Notes: generated by a model not told the origin, from the letters alone. 64,000 nt of DNA from Candidatus Thorarchaeota archaeon (GCA_004524445.1 SDNP01000001.1:1-64000), one strand, 5' to 3'; positions 18,480 through 29,004 are shown, numbered from the stretch's first letter. Program-made: numbers and translations.

Positions 18480-19475
18480 ATGCAACAAAGTGGTAGTTCG
18501 GGGAAAGTAATCATTGTGACATTGATAGTTATTGCAGTCGCCGCAGCCGGTTTTGCAGTCATCGTTTCAAATCCACTTGCAGGCAATGACGACAATCAAG
18601 ACCCTTATGGGAAAGATCCATTTGATGTGCCTTTAAATGACTCATCAATCTTCATACATTCGGATAGTTCATTCATTTCCTTAGCTCAGGCAAGAAACTG
18701 GACTGGCAATGGTACCGCCAATGACCCGACTATCATTGAAGGACTCGGAATTCAATCATCAGATTATTGTATTTACATTGAATCAGTCACGATGTATTTC
18801 ATCATTCAAAACTGCACTCTTGTGTCGCAACCCGACATGTACGATGGACTGGGAATATACTTGCGAAATTGCAGCCATGCGTCAATCCTAAACTGCTCGG
18901 TTAGTGCTGGCCTCTCAGGGATAGAAATTTTCCAAGCAAACAACACGGTTGTAGAAGACTGCCTTGTTCAATCACGGGCTTTTGCTGTCAATGTCAGCGG
19001 CTCTACGCAATCATTAATTATGAATAATAGAATCAAAGGCAATTTTTCTGGTATTTCTGTTATCTGCTCCAATCAGACTCAAATCCTGAACAACACTGTG
19101 ACCCAGGGAAGATTCGGTCTCATTTCACAGTTTTCATTCTACTGCAACATGAGTGATAATATTTTGAGTTTCAATGAGGATGGAGCTGTGGTGGAGGGAC
19201 GGTGCGGCAACTGGTACATATTGGGCAATACGTTCGTGAATAACTCAAGACGGGGAATCTCCCTTACACAGAACACATCATTTTGTGTGCTTTATGGCAA
19301 TAGATTGGGTTGGAATCCAGAGGGCAACGCATTGGACAATGGACTTGAAAATCTGTGGGATGATGGTATAGGAACTGGGAATTATTGGCATGACTACTCT
19401 GGATTCGGAACTTATGCTATTCCTGGGTCCGCAAATATTGTTGATAACTACCCTTTTCCCCTAACTTCACCATAG
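18480..19475 (+). CDS. NosD-like right-handed beta-helix surface protein
   Basis: N-terminal TM, WTGNGTANDPTIIE, PbH1 repeats, NLWDDGIGTGNYWHDY. Confidence 0.85.
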   Translation: MQQSGSSGKVIIVTLIVIAVAAAGFAVIVSNPLAGNDDNQDPYGKDPFDVPLNDSSIFIHSDSSFISLAQARNWTGNGTANDPTIIEGLGIQSSDYCIYIESVTMYFIIQNCTLVSQPDMYDGLGIYLRNCSHASILNCSVSAGLSGIEIFQANNTVVEDCLVQSRAFAVNVSGSTQSLIMNNRIKGNFSGISVICSNQTQILNNTVTQGRFGLISQFSFYCNMSDNILSFNEDGAVVEGRCGNWYILGNTFVNNSRRGISLTQNTSFCVLYGNRLGWNPEGNALDNGLENLWDDGIGTGNYWHDYSGFGTYAIPGSANIVDNYPFPLTSP

Positions 19476-19581
19476 AGTGGTTCTTCAGTCAATAGTTGCA
19501 GATGCCTCTACTGTGGACTAGACTCTTATGCTACCGTCACATAGATTATACTGATGAATTATCTGAATAGAGGAATGACTA

Positions 19582-19833
19582 ATGAAATCTGTACCAGACA
19601 CCGAGGAGAATGTAGAAATCTGCAGGCATTTCTGCGGTCCATGTCCTACCTTTCAATCCAATGAACTGAGAAAGGAGGAACCCAAGCTTCTTTTCTGTTC
19701 ACGAGGGGTCTCAAAAAAGCCAAATGAAGACATAGATGACATGGGATGTAATTGCCCCCAGTGCGAAGTCTTCGAAAAATACGAACTTGAGGGCGGCTGG
19801 TTCTGTATACATGGAACAGAGGGACGTCAGTAG
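19582..19833 (+). CDS. DUF2769-like Cys-rich small protein
   Basis: C..FC..CPTF...LFCSRG...GCNCPQCEV..KYEL..GWFC..G. Confidence 0.8.
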   Translation: MKSVPDTEENVEICRHFCGPCPTFQSNELRKEEPKLLFCSRGVSKKPNEDIDDMGCNCPQCEVFEKYELEGGWFCIHGTEGRQ

Positions 19834-19892
19834 AGTACCGAATTCTCATATATTGTGACTTGCTGCTGCCAATCTCGAAGTAATTCGCCGTT

Positions 19893-20069
19893 TCACATCT
19901 GGCTTGCTATTACCATAATAAGAATCAGAATGGGAATCACTATCCAAACCAGAAATAATAGTTGGTTCCCTTTTGGTGTTCCCATGTGCTTACAAAATGA
20001 GCAGTATGGTGTTTGATTAGATTCTACAGCAGAGTCTTTTTCAATCTCAAGAACTTCCTCATCTGACAT
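19893..20069 (-). CDS. Putative 58-aa tail-anchored protein with CxxC
   Basis: MSDEEVLEIEKDSAVESNQTPYCSFCKHMGTPKGNQLLFLVWIVIPILILIMVIASQM, below ORF-track cutoff. Confidence 0.55.
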   Translation of the reverse strand: MSDEEVLEIEKDSAVESNQTPYCSFCKHMGTPKGNQLLFLVWIVIPILILIMVIASQM

Positions 20070-20383
20070 TAGTACCGATGGTCACTCTCGTCATTTTCTT
20101 ATTATGTTTGACCTTTGGTTGAAACGATGCAGAGATGTTTTTTTGCATCCCTTTGAAAACAAAGAGGTGGAGCCAGCAAGGCATCTTTTGGGTGTGGTAA
20201 CATTTGGTAGATACATTACCATGATGATCCCTGCGAGCTGCCACCAGTAGTCGATATAGGCTTATGCCACTAAAGATTTTTCTCTCCGTTGGTCTCTATT
20301 TATAAGCAAGGGATGGAATAATGCACTTTTTGCAACAAACAATAAATACTTCCTTTGTATTCCTGCAACAATGGTTGAGAATC

Positions 20384-20884
20384 ATGACTCTTGCAACGAG
20401 TTCTAGACGGTCGCCTCGTTCTAGAAGAATTCAAAGGATCTTCCTAGTAGGTATTCTTCTCATTGCCTTGCTGTTCGTAGTTAATGTTCGTACGGTGAGT
20501 GCGGCTGGGGAAACAGAACAGGGTTTTCAGGTTACGATAGAGGATGCGCTCTACACTGATCTTGATGGCGATGGGTATGAAGACGACGTGTTTGTATACG
20601 TCCGATTCGATTTAGGCGAGTTCTGTTACTACGAATTTGCCTACATCATAACGCTCACCCTTCCCTCTGGTGCCGAATATGCTTACTTGGTTTACGTATG
20701 GGCGTGGGCAGATTATGTCTATACGAACAACTTGTTCATCGACCATGCGACTGAATCTGGAGACTATCAAGTCTACGTCGATGCCATTCTTATCATTCCT
20801 GAGGATGCGACTGATTCGCAGTCGTGCATCTTCGATCCTCCGGGTGGGAGCGAAGGAGGCCCTCCAGCCTTTCACGTATACTAG
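20384..20884 (+). CDS. Hypothetical secreted acidic protein with DxDxDG Ca-binding loop
   Basis: Signal peptide (VSA-A), DLDGDGYEDD, Ig-like beta pattern. Confidence 0.7.
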   Translation: MTLATSSRRSPRSRRIQRIFLVGILLIALLFVVNVRTVSAAGETEQGFQVTIEDALYTDLDGDGYEDDVFVYVRFDLGEFCYYEFAYIITLTLPSGAEYAYLVYVWAWADYVYTNNLFIDHATESGDYQVYVDAILIIPEDATDSQSCIFDPPGGSEGGPPAFHVY

Positions 20885-20963
20885 TGATACGATGCTGTAA
20901 ATGGTCAATGTGAGAACAAAACCAATGACGAAGCTGGCGATACTAAGTAGGCGTGATTAACAA

Positions 20964-22148
20964 ATGGTGGCGTGGCGGGCATATGACCTTGACTTGAAGG
21001 ACTATCTCATATTCTTGAGCCTTGAGAAGAATCCCAATCTCAGTAATAACGCCGTAGGAAAAGAAGTTGGCCTCTCATCAGAGGCTGTTCGTTTGCGCCG
21101 CCAGCATATGAAGGATGAAGGATTTCTTCGTCCAGATAGCATTATTGAAGATCCTTTACTCGGCAACAGGGAGCAAACGGAAACTGAATCTGTCTATAAT
21201 CCGAGCAAACTTGGCCTCGAACGACAGCATGTGGTTTTCCAGGGAATCAGAGACAGAAAAGCACTAAACAACATCAAGAGAGTCTGTGATGAACACCCCT
21301 ACACCCATTACAGGGTGATGGCATATGCAGACGGCGCTGCAGTATATGCCCAGTTTGATGTTCCTGCTGCTGCCACAACGGCCATGCGGGAGTTCTACAA
21401 CCGTATCGGCAAAACCGAGTTAGTGGAGAGCATATTCATCCAACCTACTGCTTTCAGCTCTGAAACCAAAGCGGATTTTCAGAACTGGGATATTAATGAG
21501 AGTAAGTGGGAGATTGAATATGGGACCAAGTCAAAGACTGGTGAACGACAGAGCAGAGTGGAATCTATCTGGGTATCATTCTTGAATGGGTGGGAAAGGA
21601 AACCTCTACAGGCAGAGAAGATCGAGCGAGTGCATGATTTTGACTTATTAGATATGCAACTACTCCGAGAAATTACCATAAACTCTCAGCCAAAAATCAA
21701 AGCATTGGGTGATGTCTACAGCCGGGACCCCACAACCATATCTAGAAGACTGAAGCGACTCAAGAGATTGGTGGCCCACGACGAGGTTCTCTATTACGAT
21801 AGGTCCGTCTTTGATTTGACTTACCCTCAGTTAATAATGGGGCGATTCAAATCGGGTTCGGAACTGGATGCTGCATCATTGCATGGATTCATTCAGTCGG
21901 AGGCCCTTCCATTCCTGTGCAAGGCAACATTCGATGAAGAAACCTTCTGTCTCTACTTGACGACCCCTCCCTCTTTTGCTCCCGAGTTTTCAGAATTTAT
22001 CTGGGAGCACGCGTCACAGGTTAGAGTGTATCAGCTGCAGCTGGATTCATCCTTCACTTACTATTTCTACTACAAGAATCACCAAGGCGACAGAGGTTGG
22101 CGGATAGATAGAGAATATCTCGTTGACTTACCTCTCCAGGTCCTCTGA
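20964..22148 (+). CDS. Double winged-helix (Lrp/AsnC-like) regulator
   Basis: SNNAVGKEVGLSSEAVRLR and DLLDMQLLREI...DPTTISRRLKRL HTH motifs. Confidence 0.7.
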   Translation: MVAWRAYDLDLKDYLIFLSLEKNPNLSNNAVGKEVGLSSEAVRLRRQHMKDEGFLRPDSIIEDPLLGNREQTETESVYNPSKLGLERQHVVFQGIRDRKALNNIKRVCDEHPYTHYRVMAYADGAAVYAQFDVPAAATTAMREFYNRIGKTELVESIFIQPTAFSSETKADFQNWDINESKWEIEYGTKSKTGERQSRVESIWVSFLNGWERKPLQAEKIERVHDFDLLDMQLLREITINSQPKIKALGDVYSRDPTTISRRLKRLKRLVAHDEVLYYDRSVFDLTYPQLIMGRFKSGSELDAASLHGFIQSEALPFLCKATFDEETFCLYLTTPPSFAPEFSEFIWEHASQVRVYQLQLDSSFTYYFYYKNHQGDRGWRIDREYLVDLPLQVL

Positions 22149-22322
22149 AGGTATCATCTCTCACCCATCTTGACGAGCTTATGCCTCTCTACTTTTATGC
22201 AGTTTCACCAAGTAGTATTTATATACACGTTTGTTTTAACTGCTTAACATGATTGAACGCTCTTTCTTGGGGTTGTTCAATAAGCTTCACCTCTAGAAGG
22301 GGTGAGGCTGCCGGTGATAGTA

Positions 22323-24167
22323 ATGAAAAGCAGACAGAAATTTTTGCTGTTGACCTTTGTGATGGTACCGGCGCTTCTTTTTTCGAGCACAGCAAGTGCA
22401 ACCAATGGTGCTGTCACGCTAGGTCCACAGAAACATGTTAACGCTGTTATCTTCTTCAGCGATGATATTGAGGTAAACCTCCCTGATGCGGAGATTTTTC
22501 ATCAATATGATAATCTGAATGGAATAGCTGCAAGAATACCTGAGAGTTTGTATAAGACACTCGAAAACTCTTGGTTCGTCGAGTCTATTGCTCTAGACGG
22601 CGAAATGAGCCTCTATCAAGATACGCTGGATTGGGGTGTGGATGATGTTGAGGCTGAAAGAGTCTGGGGCGGTTTCGAAGATGCCAAAGACGTAGTACCA
22701 GGAAACGTTGCAGGTGCTGGTGTTAAGGTTGCAATACTTGACACAGGAATAGACTATACTCACCCCGACTTGGACGATGTGTATGCGGGAGGATACGACT
22801 ATGTTGACAATGATGCTGACCCCTTGGATGGGAATGGCCATGGCACTCATTGTGCTGGGATTGTTGCAGCCGAGGATAATGGTGAAGGAGTAATCGGTGT
22901 AGCTCCGAAAACCAGTATCTACTCAGTGAGAGTTCTAGATGATCAGGGTTCTGGTTACACCAGTGACATTATTGCTGGCATCGACTGGGCTGTGGACAAT
23001 GGCATGAATGTCGTTTCCATGAGCCTTGGCGGCGGAGGATATGACTCGTCATTTGATGCCGCTATTAATCGTGCATATGATGCAGGTTTGGTGGTAGTAG
23101 CAGCATCGGGTAATGACGGAGAAGGTACCATATCCTATCCAGCAGCTTATGACAATGCTATAGCCGTAGGTGCTATCGACTCGAATCATGATCTTGCCAG
23201 CTTTAGCAATTATGGCTCTGAGCAAGAGGTCGTTGCTCCTGGCGTTGATATCTATAGTACTATGCCAACTTACAGTGTCACCCTTACCTCTTGGTGGTAT
23301 GGCTACAACCAAAACTACGATCAGATGAGTGGCACCTCAATGGCTTGCCCCATGGTCGCTGGTGTTGTATCATTGATTCTCGATGCAAATCCAGATTTAA
23401 CGCCCAGTGAAGTCAGAGATATTCTCCATACAACATCTGTTGATTACGGTGCCAATGGCTGGGACCAATACTTTGGCTGGGGTGCAGTCGATGCTGAAGC
23501 AGCCGTGGATCAGGCGGGAGGCGGTGGAACGCCAAGCGATGACCCGCCATCATGCTTAGTAGCCGATCCAGCGGAAGGTGCAATTGTGTCAGGCGCCCAC
23601 CGAGTTCTGGTATCCGCAAGTGATGACAATAGCGTGTCAAAGGTTGAGGTCAGGATAGACACTGGAACTTGGATTGACATAACAACCAACTTTGATGGAA
23701 CATACTACTATTATGACTGGGACACAACTCAATATGCCGATGGATCCCATGACGTAAGTGCTAGGGCAACCGATTCCGTTGGTCAGACTACAACGGACAC
23801 CAATTCCGTTTCAGTAAACAATGATGGTGGTAGTGCTGATACCCTGTATGTGGCTTCAATTGATATGTGGTATGAGGAGTTCAGATTCTGGTTCTGGCGA
23901 TGGTATGACGTATACACCGAAGTGACAGTCCACGATGGAACTGGGAGCCCTCTATCAGGCGTTACGGTGTCCATCGATATGACACTTCCAAGTGGAAGCC
24001 ATGCAACTGGCAGTGCTGACACAGGAAGTGACGGTACTGTGACATTTGTATATGAAAGCGGTGACCAAGGAACATACACATCCACAGTGACGAACCTCGA
24101 GAAGACAGGATACACATATGATTCTTCTAGCAATGTGGAATCATCTGAAAGCCTATCAGTTCCGTAG
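22323..24167 (+). CDS. Secreted subtilisin-like S8 serine protease with C-terminal Ig-like domains
   Basis: Signal peptide, propeptide, ILDTG, HGTHCAG, SGTSMACP triad. Confidence 0.95.
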   Translation: MKSRQKFLLLTFVMVPALLFSSTASATNGAVTLGPQKHVNAVIFFSDDIEVNLPDAEIFHQYDNLNGIAARIPESLYKTLENSWFVESIALDGEMSLYQDTLDWGVDDVEAERVWGGFEDAKDVVPGNVAGAGVKVAILDTGIDYTHPDLDDVYAGGYDYVDNDADPLDGNGHGTHCAGIVAAEDNGEGVIGVAPKTSIYSVRVLDDQGSGYTSDIIAGIDWAVDNGMNVVSMSLGGGGYDSSFDAAINRAYDAGLVVVAASGNDGEGTISYPAAYDNAIAVGAIDSNHDLASFSNYGSEQEVVAPGVDIYSTMPTYSVTLTSWWYGYNQNYDQMSGTSMACPMVAGVVSLILDANPDLTPSEVRDILHTTSVDYGANGWDQYFGWGAVDAEAAVDQAGGGGTPSDDPPSCLVADPAEGAIVSGAHRVLVSASDDNSVSKVEVRIDTGTWIDITTNFDGTYYYYDWDTTQYADGSHDVSARATDSVGQTTTDTNSVSVNNDGGSADTLYVASIDMWYEEFRFWFWRWYDVYTEVTVHDGTGSPLSGVTVSIDMTLPSGSHATGSADTGSDGTVTFVYESGDQGTYTSTVTNLEKTGYTYDSSSNVESSESLSVP

Positions 24168-24189
24168 ACTCGCTTTCGATGCTTAGTAT

Positions 24190-24226
24190 TGGAATCCCAT
24201 CACTCTGGGATTCCATCTTTATTTTT
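24190..24226 (+). terminator. Hairpin + T-tract after subtilisin
   Basis: TGGAATCCCA-tcactc-TGGGATTCCA then TCTTTATTTTT. Confidence 0.7.
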
Positions 24227-24343
24227 CGACGTCTTTGCTCATTTCGTCCAACATTTTTCAGATCTCGTTTTCATCTGTTGCAAGGATTATAGGACAAGTC
24301 TTAAGATATTCACGGATTCGCAGCTTCGTGAGCTGACAAATGA

Positions 24344-24622
24344 ATGGCCGAGTACTGTGTCATGGTAAAGGGTCCATGTCGAGGCAAGAAATGTGACTTC
24401 TGGGCCAGAATTAGAATACAGAAACGAACACTCAAGGCGCTCATCAAAGAAGCTAGGGAGAGTATCCATGAATGTCAGGATTTAGACCACGATTCAAAGC
24501 GGGTGGCCATGGATGGATTCTGGTATCAGCTTGGTATCAGAGACATGGATAGACTATGTGAAGAGGAACCTAGTCTATGCGAGAAGATCCGGCGCGTAGA
24601 AAGAGCGGTTCTACCCATATAG
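24344..24622 (+). CDS. Hypothetical Cys-containing protein
   Basis: YC.....PC....CDFW; ORF fits intergenic space. Confidence 0.6.
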   Translation: MAEYCVMVKGPCRGKKCDFWARIRIQKRTLKALIKEARESIHECQDLDHDSKRVAMDGFWYQLGIRDMDRLCEEEPSLCEKIRRVERAVLPI

Positions 24623-24627
24623 GCCCC

Positions 24628-26280
24628 CTATCTATCCGGAGGGACTTCTATCATATTACCTCTATTGAGTAACCACTGAGGATCTATTGCTTGCTTAACT
24701 GCCTGCATTTCTTTGATGCCTTTATCTCCATACATGACTTTCAAGAAATCACGTTTCAATTTTCCAATGCCATGTTCAGCAGCAACAGTCCCTCCCAACT
24801 GAACAGCTCTTTTTGCAAAGATCATGTAGTTGTCCATACCTTGCTCAACTTCTTCATTGTTTCTTGGAAGCATATTGACATGCAGATGATTGTTTCCTAT
24901 ATGCCCAAAAATGACATACTCCATCCCTTGTTCTTCCAATACTTCTCTATAGAACTTCAAATACTCCCTCAGTGCCTGGTCTGGAACCGCCATGTCTGTG
25001 CCGATTTTGTGGACCTTGTGATACTGCGCCTTCCGTTGTGCAATAAGTGCATTGACAGTTTCAGGTACAAAATGGCGTACTGTCTTCATCTTCTCTAATT
25101 CAGTTCGATCCAGTCCGGCCCAGCTTGACTCCGATGAGGAATTATGCTCGTTGAGGACCATTTCCAAACCCATTACGAGGTCTTCCATGTTTTCCTCAGT
25201 ATATTCAAATTCAAAGAACACAATTGCATTTGTGTCTTCAGACAGAGCGGGAACTGTAATTCCAGCGTCACTTGCTTTTTCACGAATCATATCTAATGCG
25301 TTCGGACCAAAGTATTCCAAGAAGTCCATCTTTACCGGGCTGTCCGGGGCTCGGATATCATATACAAAGTCGACTGCATCTTCTTCAGTGGGGAAAAATG
25401 CCATCACTGTCATGATTTCCTCAGGGAGCTTCACAAGGCCCAATTCAGCCATGGTGATTACACCCAAGATGCCTTCGGACCCAATAAACAGGTCTATCAA
25501 ATCCATCTCATGCCTAGCGAAGAGACCGGCTGCATTCTTTGTATTTGGCATCTCATAAGTCGGCACTTGGATTCGAATTGTGCTACCATTAGATAGAATG
25601 AATTCAAATTCGCCATCTTCTGAAATCACTTCCCCGCGTTTGATATCAATCAGCTCTCCATTAGGTAATACCACCCTAATTCTGCGTACCCAGTTTCTCA
25701 CCGCTCCATACTTGAATGTACGAGCGCCAGAAGCATTGCATGCTGTAATTCCCCCTATCCATGCGCTCATCTCAGTCGGATCGACTGGGAACGTAAGGTC
25801 TCCATTTTCTTGCATGAACTTCTCCATATCTTCCTCATAAGCGGTCTTTTCTTCTCCACTCAATTCATCCATTTTTCTACCTGAAACACTCTTGACCAGA
25901 TCCTCCAATAGGACTCCCGCCTCAGCTGCAATAGAATAGAGCTCTTCCTCAGGATTCCACTTCAGGTAAAGCAATCTATCCATTTTTTCGAGGTTCAGTG
26001 CAATGCCCCCTAATGGGACTGCAGCTCCAGTGAGCCCAGTTCTTCCACCTTGAATTGTGACAGGAACTCCGTTTTCATAGGCGTTTCTAAGGATAGTTGC
26101 AATTTCGGTCTCAGTGGTAGGAAAAACGAGCTTATCAGCGTCGCCGTCAAATGAATGACTCTCGTCATCCAAATAGAGTGCATAGGTATCTCTAATTTCC
26201 TCTTTGTCAGTTACCATCTTAACTTCCGACAAATCAACTTCATCTAACAGATTTGCCCTGATTTGATTACTCATTCTCAT
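24628..26280 (-). CDS. FAD-linked oxidoreductase (GlcD/D-lactate dehydrogenase family)
   Basis: QGGRTGLTGAAVP, NASGARTFKYG, GSEGILGVI, GHIGNNHLH, AEHGIG. Confidence 0.9.
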   Translation of the reverse strand: MRMSNQIRANLLDEVDLSEVKMVTDKEEIRDTYALYLDDESHSFDGDADKLVFPTTETEIATILRNAYENGVPVTIQGGRTGLTGAAVPLGGIALNLEKMDRLLYLKWNPEEELYSIAAEAGVLLEDLVKSVSGRKMDELSGEEKTAYEEDMEKFMQENGDLTFPVDPTEMSAWIGGITACNASGARTFKYGAVRNWVRRIRVVLPNGELIDIKRGEVISEDGEFEFILSNGSTIRIQVPTYEMPNTKNAAGLFARHEMDLIDLFIGSEGILGVITMAELGLVKLPEEIMTVMAFFPTEEDAVDFVYDIRAPDSPVKMDFLEYFGPNALDMIREKASDAGITVPALSEDTNAIVFFEFEYTEENMEDLVMGLEMVLNEHNSSSESSWAGLDRTELEKMKTVRHFVPETVNALIAQRKAQYHKVHKIGTDMAVPDQALREYLKFYREVLEEQGMEYVIFGHIGNNHLHVNMLPRNNEEVEQGMDNYMIFAKRAVQLGGTVAAEHGIGKLKRDFLKVMYGDKGIKEMQAVKQAIDPQWLLNRGNMIEVPPDR

Positions 26281-26629
26281 TCCTCGTCATGGAAACTCGA
26301 TGCTGAAATATCACAATCTCAATATCAAAGATTTGGTATACCGTTGCTTCATACTGTTACATCAAATATTCAAATCCCATTGTCAGAAGAAAAGAATGTG
26401 GTTAATCTCAATACAGCTCGATAGAGCTATGATAACGGGAGATGAAACTCATTATTGAATTCTTGCAAGAAAGATACCCCATTGATGTTGCTAAGCACAT
26501 TATGCGTGCTACAGCACCGAGATGACTGTAGAAATGCATTAAATATTAAAGATGCAATTGCATTCATGCTCATATCTGGTAGCTGAAAGGCAGGTCCTCC
26601 AAGATCAATGAATGATGGATTGAACACTT

Positions 26630-28039
26630 ATGGACATATTTGGTATTGCGGTTCTCGTTGTCTTCGTAGCAACTTACGCGGCGATTTCGACTGAACGATA
26701 TAACAAGACTGCACTGAGTCTTCTTGGTATGGCCTTGGTCGGATTTGTTTTCTGGGCCGCTCGTTTTTTGATACCCGGTGTTGAAGTCGATTTTTTAGAC
26801 CTTTTGGAACAAATCGAATGGGACACGATTCTCTTTGTCGCAGCAATGATGATTATCGTCGCTGTGGCGGGCGGTTCGGGAATGTTTCAGTATCTAGCTT
26901 TGCGGCTTGCAAGACCAAGCGGCGGCGTCCATAAGAGCCTCTACACCATATTCATGCTCTTCGTCTTCATTATTTCGCCTGTTGTAGATAATGTATCAAT
27001 TCTCTTGATAATGGCTCCACTCACTGTCCAAGTCTGCAGAGCACTTGAAATGGACTTCAAGCCTTTATTGATTTCCCAAGCAATGGTTGCCCATCTTGGA
27101 TCTATTCCTTCTCTTGTAGGTGCTGTACCTAACATAGTTATCGTCAAAGAAACAGGGTTGGATGCTGGCCTATTGTTTGTTGTCTTCATGCCACTCTCAT
27201 TTATCCTCTTCATCATAAATTGGGTTGTGTTGACACGGTATTTTGCGGATAGCTTTGTTGCTTCTGATAAGGAACGTGTGGATATTCTCTTTCAAATTGA
27301 ACCGACTACTATGATAAAGTCACGATCTGGCTTTTACGCCTCTGTAATTGCATTTGCAGTTCTTATTTTTGGGTTTTTACTATCTGCATCCTTAAACTTC
27401 CCGGTTTCAATGTTGGCTCTTCTTATTGCAGCGTCCCTTCTCGTGTTTGCTCACGATCGCGCCTCTGAGTTTTTGGATGAGGTGGGTTGGGATACGATAT
27501 TCTTTCTCGTGGGGATTTTTGCTTTAGTGGGTGCGCTTAACTTAACAGGCTGGATCGACCTATTTGGTGATGGTCTCGGTATCATAATTGGCGATAACGC
27601 AATTATTGCCTTGACATTCATGATTTGGATTCCGGCGCTTATTGCATCTTTTCTCAACAATATCCCAGTTTCATTGGTCCTGGCACCGATAGCTCTCAGA
27701 TTCACGACGGTCAGTCCTCTGCTGCCTTTCGCGCTGATATTTGCAGTCAACGTTGCAGGAAATATCTTAACGCCATTGGGGTCCACATCCAATATGGTTG
27801 CAATAGCCTATTCCGAACGCGAACACGATCCAATATCGTTCGCCGATTTTTCCAAAGCCGGAACAATCGCAGGTACTTGTAATTTGATCCTTGGAACGGT
27901 TTGGCTTCTGCTCATCGAATATCTCGGGATACTCCTAGTTACCTTTGGAGGCCTAATTCTTGGCGTAATTTTATTTCAGATAATCATATTTCCAGTACTC
28001 CACAATCCCAGTCGAGTCGAACCAAAGCGATCAAGTTAG
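26630..28039 (+). CDS. ArsB/NhaD/SLC13-type (IT superfamily) permease
   Basis: ~12 TM, IEWDTI, VDNVS, NNIP, GNILTPLGSTSNMV. Confidence 0.85.
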   Translation: MDIFGIAVLVVFVATYAAISTERYNKTALSLLGMALVGFVFWAARFLIPGVEVDFLDLLEQIEWDTILFVAAMMIIVAVAGGSGMFQYLALRLARPSGGVHKSLYTIFMLFVFIISPVVDNVSILLIMAPLTVQVCRALEMDFKPLLISQAMVAHLGSIPSLVGAVPNIVIVKETGLDAGLLFVVFMPLSFILFIINWVVLTRYFADSFVASDKERVDILFQIEPTTMIKSRSGFYASVIAFAVLIFGFLLSASLNFPVSMLALLIAASLLVFAHDRASEFLDEVGWDTIFFLVGIFALVGALNLTGWIDLFGDGLGIIIGDNAIIALTFMIWIPALIASFLNNIPVSLVLAPIALRFTTVSPLLPFALIFAVNVAGNILTPLGSTSNMVAIAYSEREHDPISFADFSKAGTIAGTCNLILGTVWLLLIEYLGILLVTFGGLILGVILFQIIIFPVLHNPSRVEPKRSS

Positions 28040-28292
28040 CGACAAAACCTTCACATATCAGATCTATCTTTCTTCGTGAAGAATAATCAGCAGTTTCATC
28101 CCTCTTTAGCTTCAATAACATAGCGCGGGATTGAAATTTGATATAGTAGCGTGGATGGTTCTAATTGTATTTGTTTGCACCCAATGAAATCAGCATGAAA
28201 GGCCTCGCAAAAATAACTACTCCTATAGCCCTCACCATGGTCGGCATTGGATGGCTTTGTTTCTGGTCCTCAGTATGGTCAATTAGAAAATC

Positions 28293-28378
28293 AAAAAGTG
28301 GCGCCCGCCTAAACCGCCGGGAGGACGGAAACAACTAGATCGGACGCCATATCATACTATTTAGTAAACAGTATGACA
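28293..28378 (-). ncRNA. Candidate small structured RNA (two hairpins + U tract)
   Basis: Minus strand UCAUACUGUUUA/UAAAUAGUAUGA hairpin followed by GGCGUCCG...CGGGCGCC GC-rich hairpin then CUUUUU; plus-strand mismatches become G-U pairs on the minus strand. Confidence 0.35.
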
Positions 28379-28506
28379 ATACATTATAGTATACTATCCT
28401 TTTGAAACTTCCTTCTCTCTCAAAATAAGCTGATTTTGTGCATAAATGCACATTTGATTCCCAAAAATATGAAAAAGGGGTTCGTGACGCTAGAAACGAA
28501 TGTAAT

Positions 28507-29004
28507 ATGCCTAAGAGATCTCGTTGTCCCTATTGTGGAAGGCTGTTCAATCGTGACAAGCTAGATGCACATGTACAGAGATGTCGCAGAAGCAAGCCCC
28601 AAGGTAATCCAGACCAAAGATCGTCCGTAAGAAGGAAACTCGTTCTAGATGGTAACAACATTGCCTTCCATATGTCTAGAAACGGTACTCCTCAAGCATC
28701 CAAGCTTCTTCAAGCATATCGAAGCCTGAAAGTTGCTGGCTACAGACCCATTATTGTTGTATCTGCTGCATTGAAGTACAGAATCGACAAGCCAGAAATC
28801 CTGCAATCTCTCAAGAACAGGAAGATTGTAGTTGAGTCCCCTCGTGGTACGGATGATGATTTGACTATCATCCGATTGGCCAAACAAAGGAATGCAAATA
28901 TTGTCAGCAACGACCGGTTTCTCGACTGGCGGGAGAGGTATCCCAAATTAGACTCCCGACTAATCAGGTATCGAATGACTCCATCTGGCCTAATTCTTCT
29001 CTGA
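28507..29004 (+). CDS. Zn-finger + Zc3h12a/Regnase-like NYN (PIN) ribonuclease
   Basis: CPYC...H...C finger; VLDGNNIA, DDDLTII, IVSNDRFLD acidic catalytic motifs; start refined to ATG 28507. Confidence 0.82.
   Translation: MPKRSRCPYCGRLFNRDKLDAHVQRCRRSKPQGNPDQRSSVRRKLVLDGNNIAFHMSRNGTPQASKLLQAYRSLKVAGYRPIIVVSAALKYRIDKPEILQSLKNRKIVVESPRGTDDDLTIIRLAKQRNANIVSNDRFLDWRERYPKLDSRLIRYRMTPSGLILL

Noticed and set aside
28195-28338. 47-aa + strand ORF MKGLAKITTPIALTMVGIGWLCFWSS...
   Set aside because: No recognisable family, and it overlaps the structured element; cannot be supported
28299-28349. Y-RNA-like 5' end (GGCGUCCGAU..UAGU) or tRNA fragment
   Set aside because: Lacks the bulged-C Ro-binding helix and any cloverleaf/T-loop; kept only as a generic sRNA candidate
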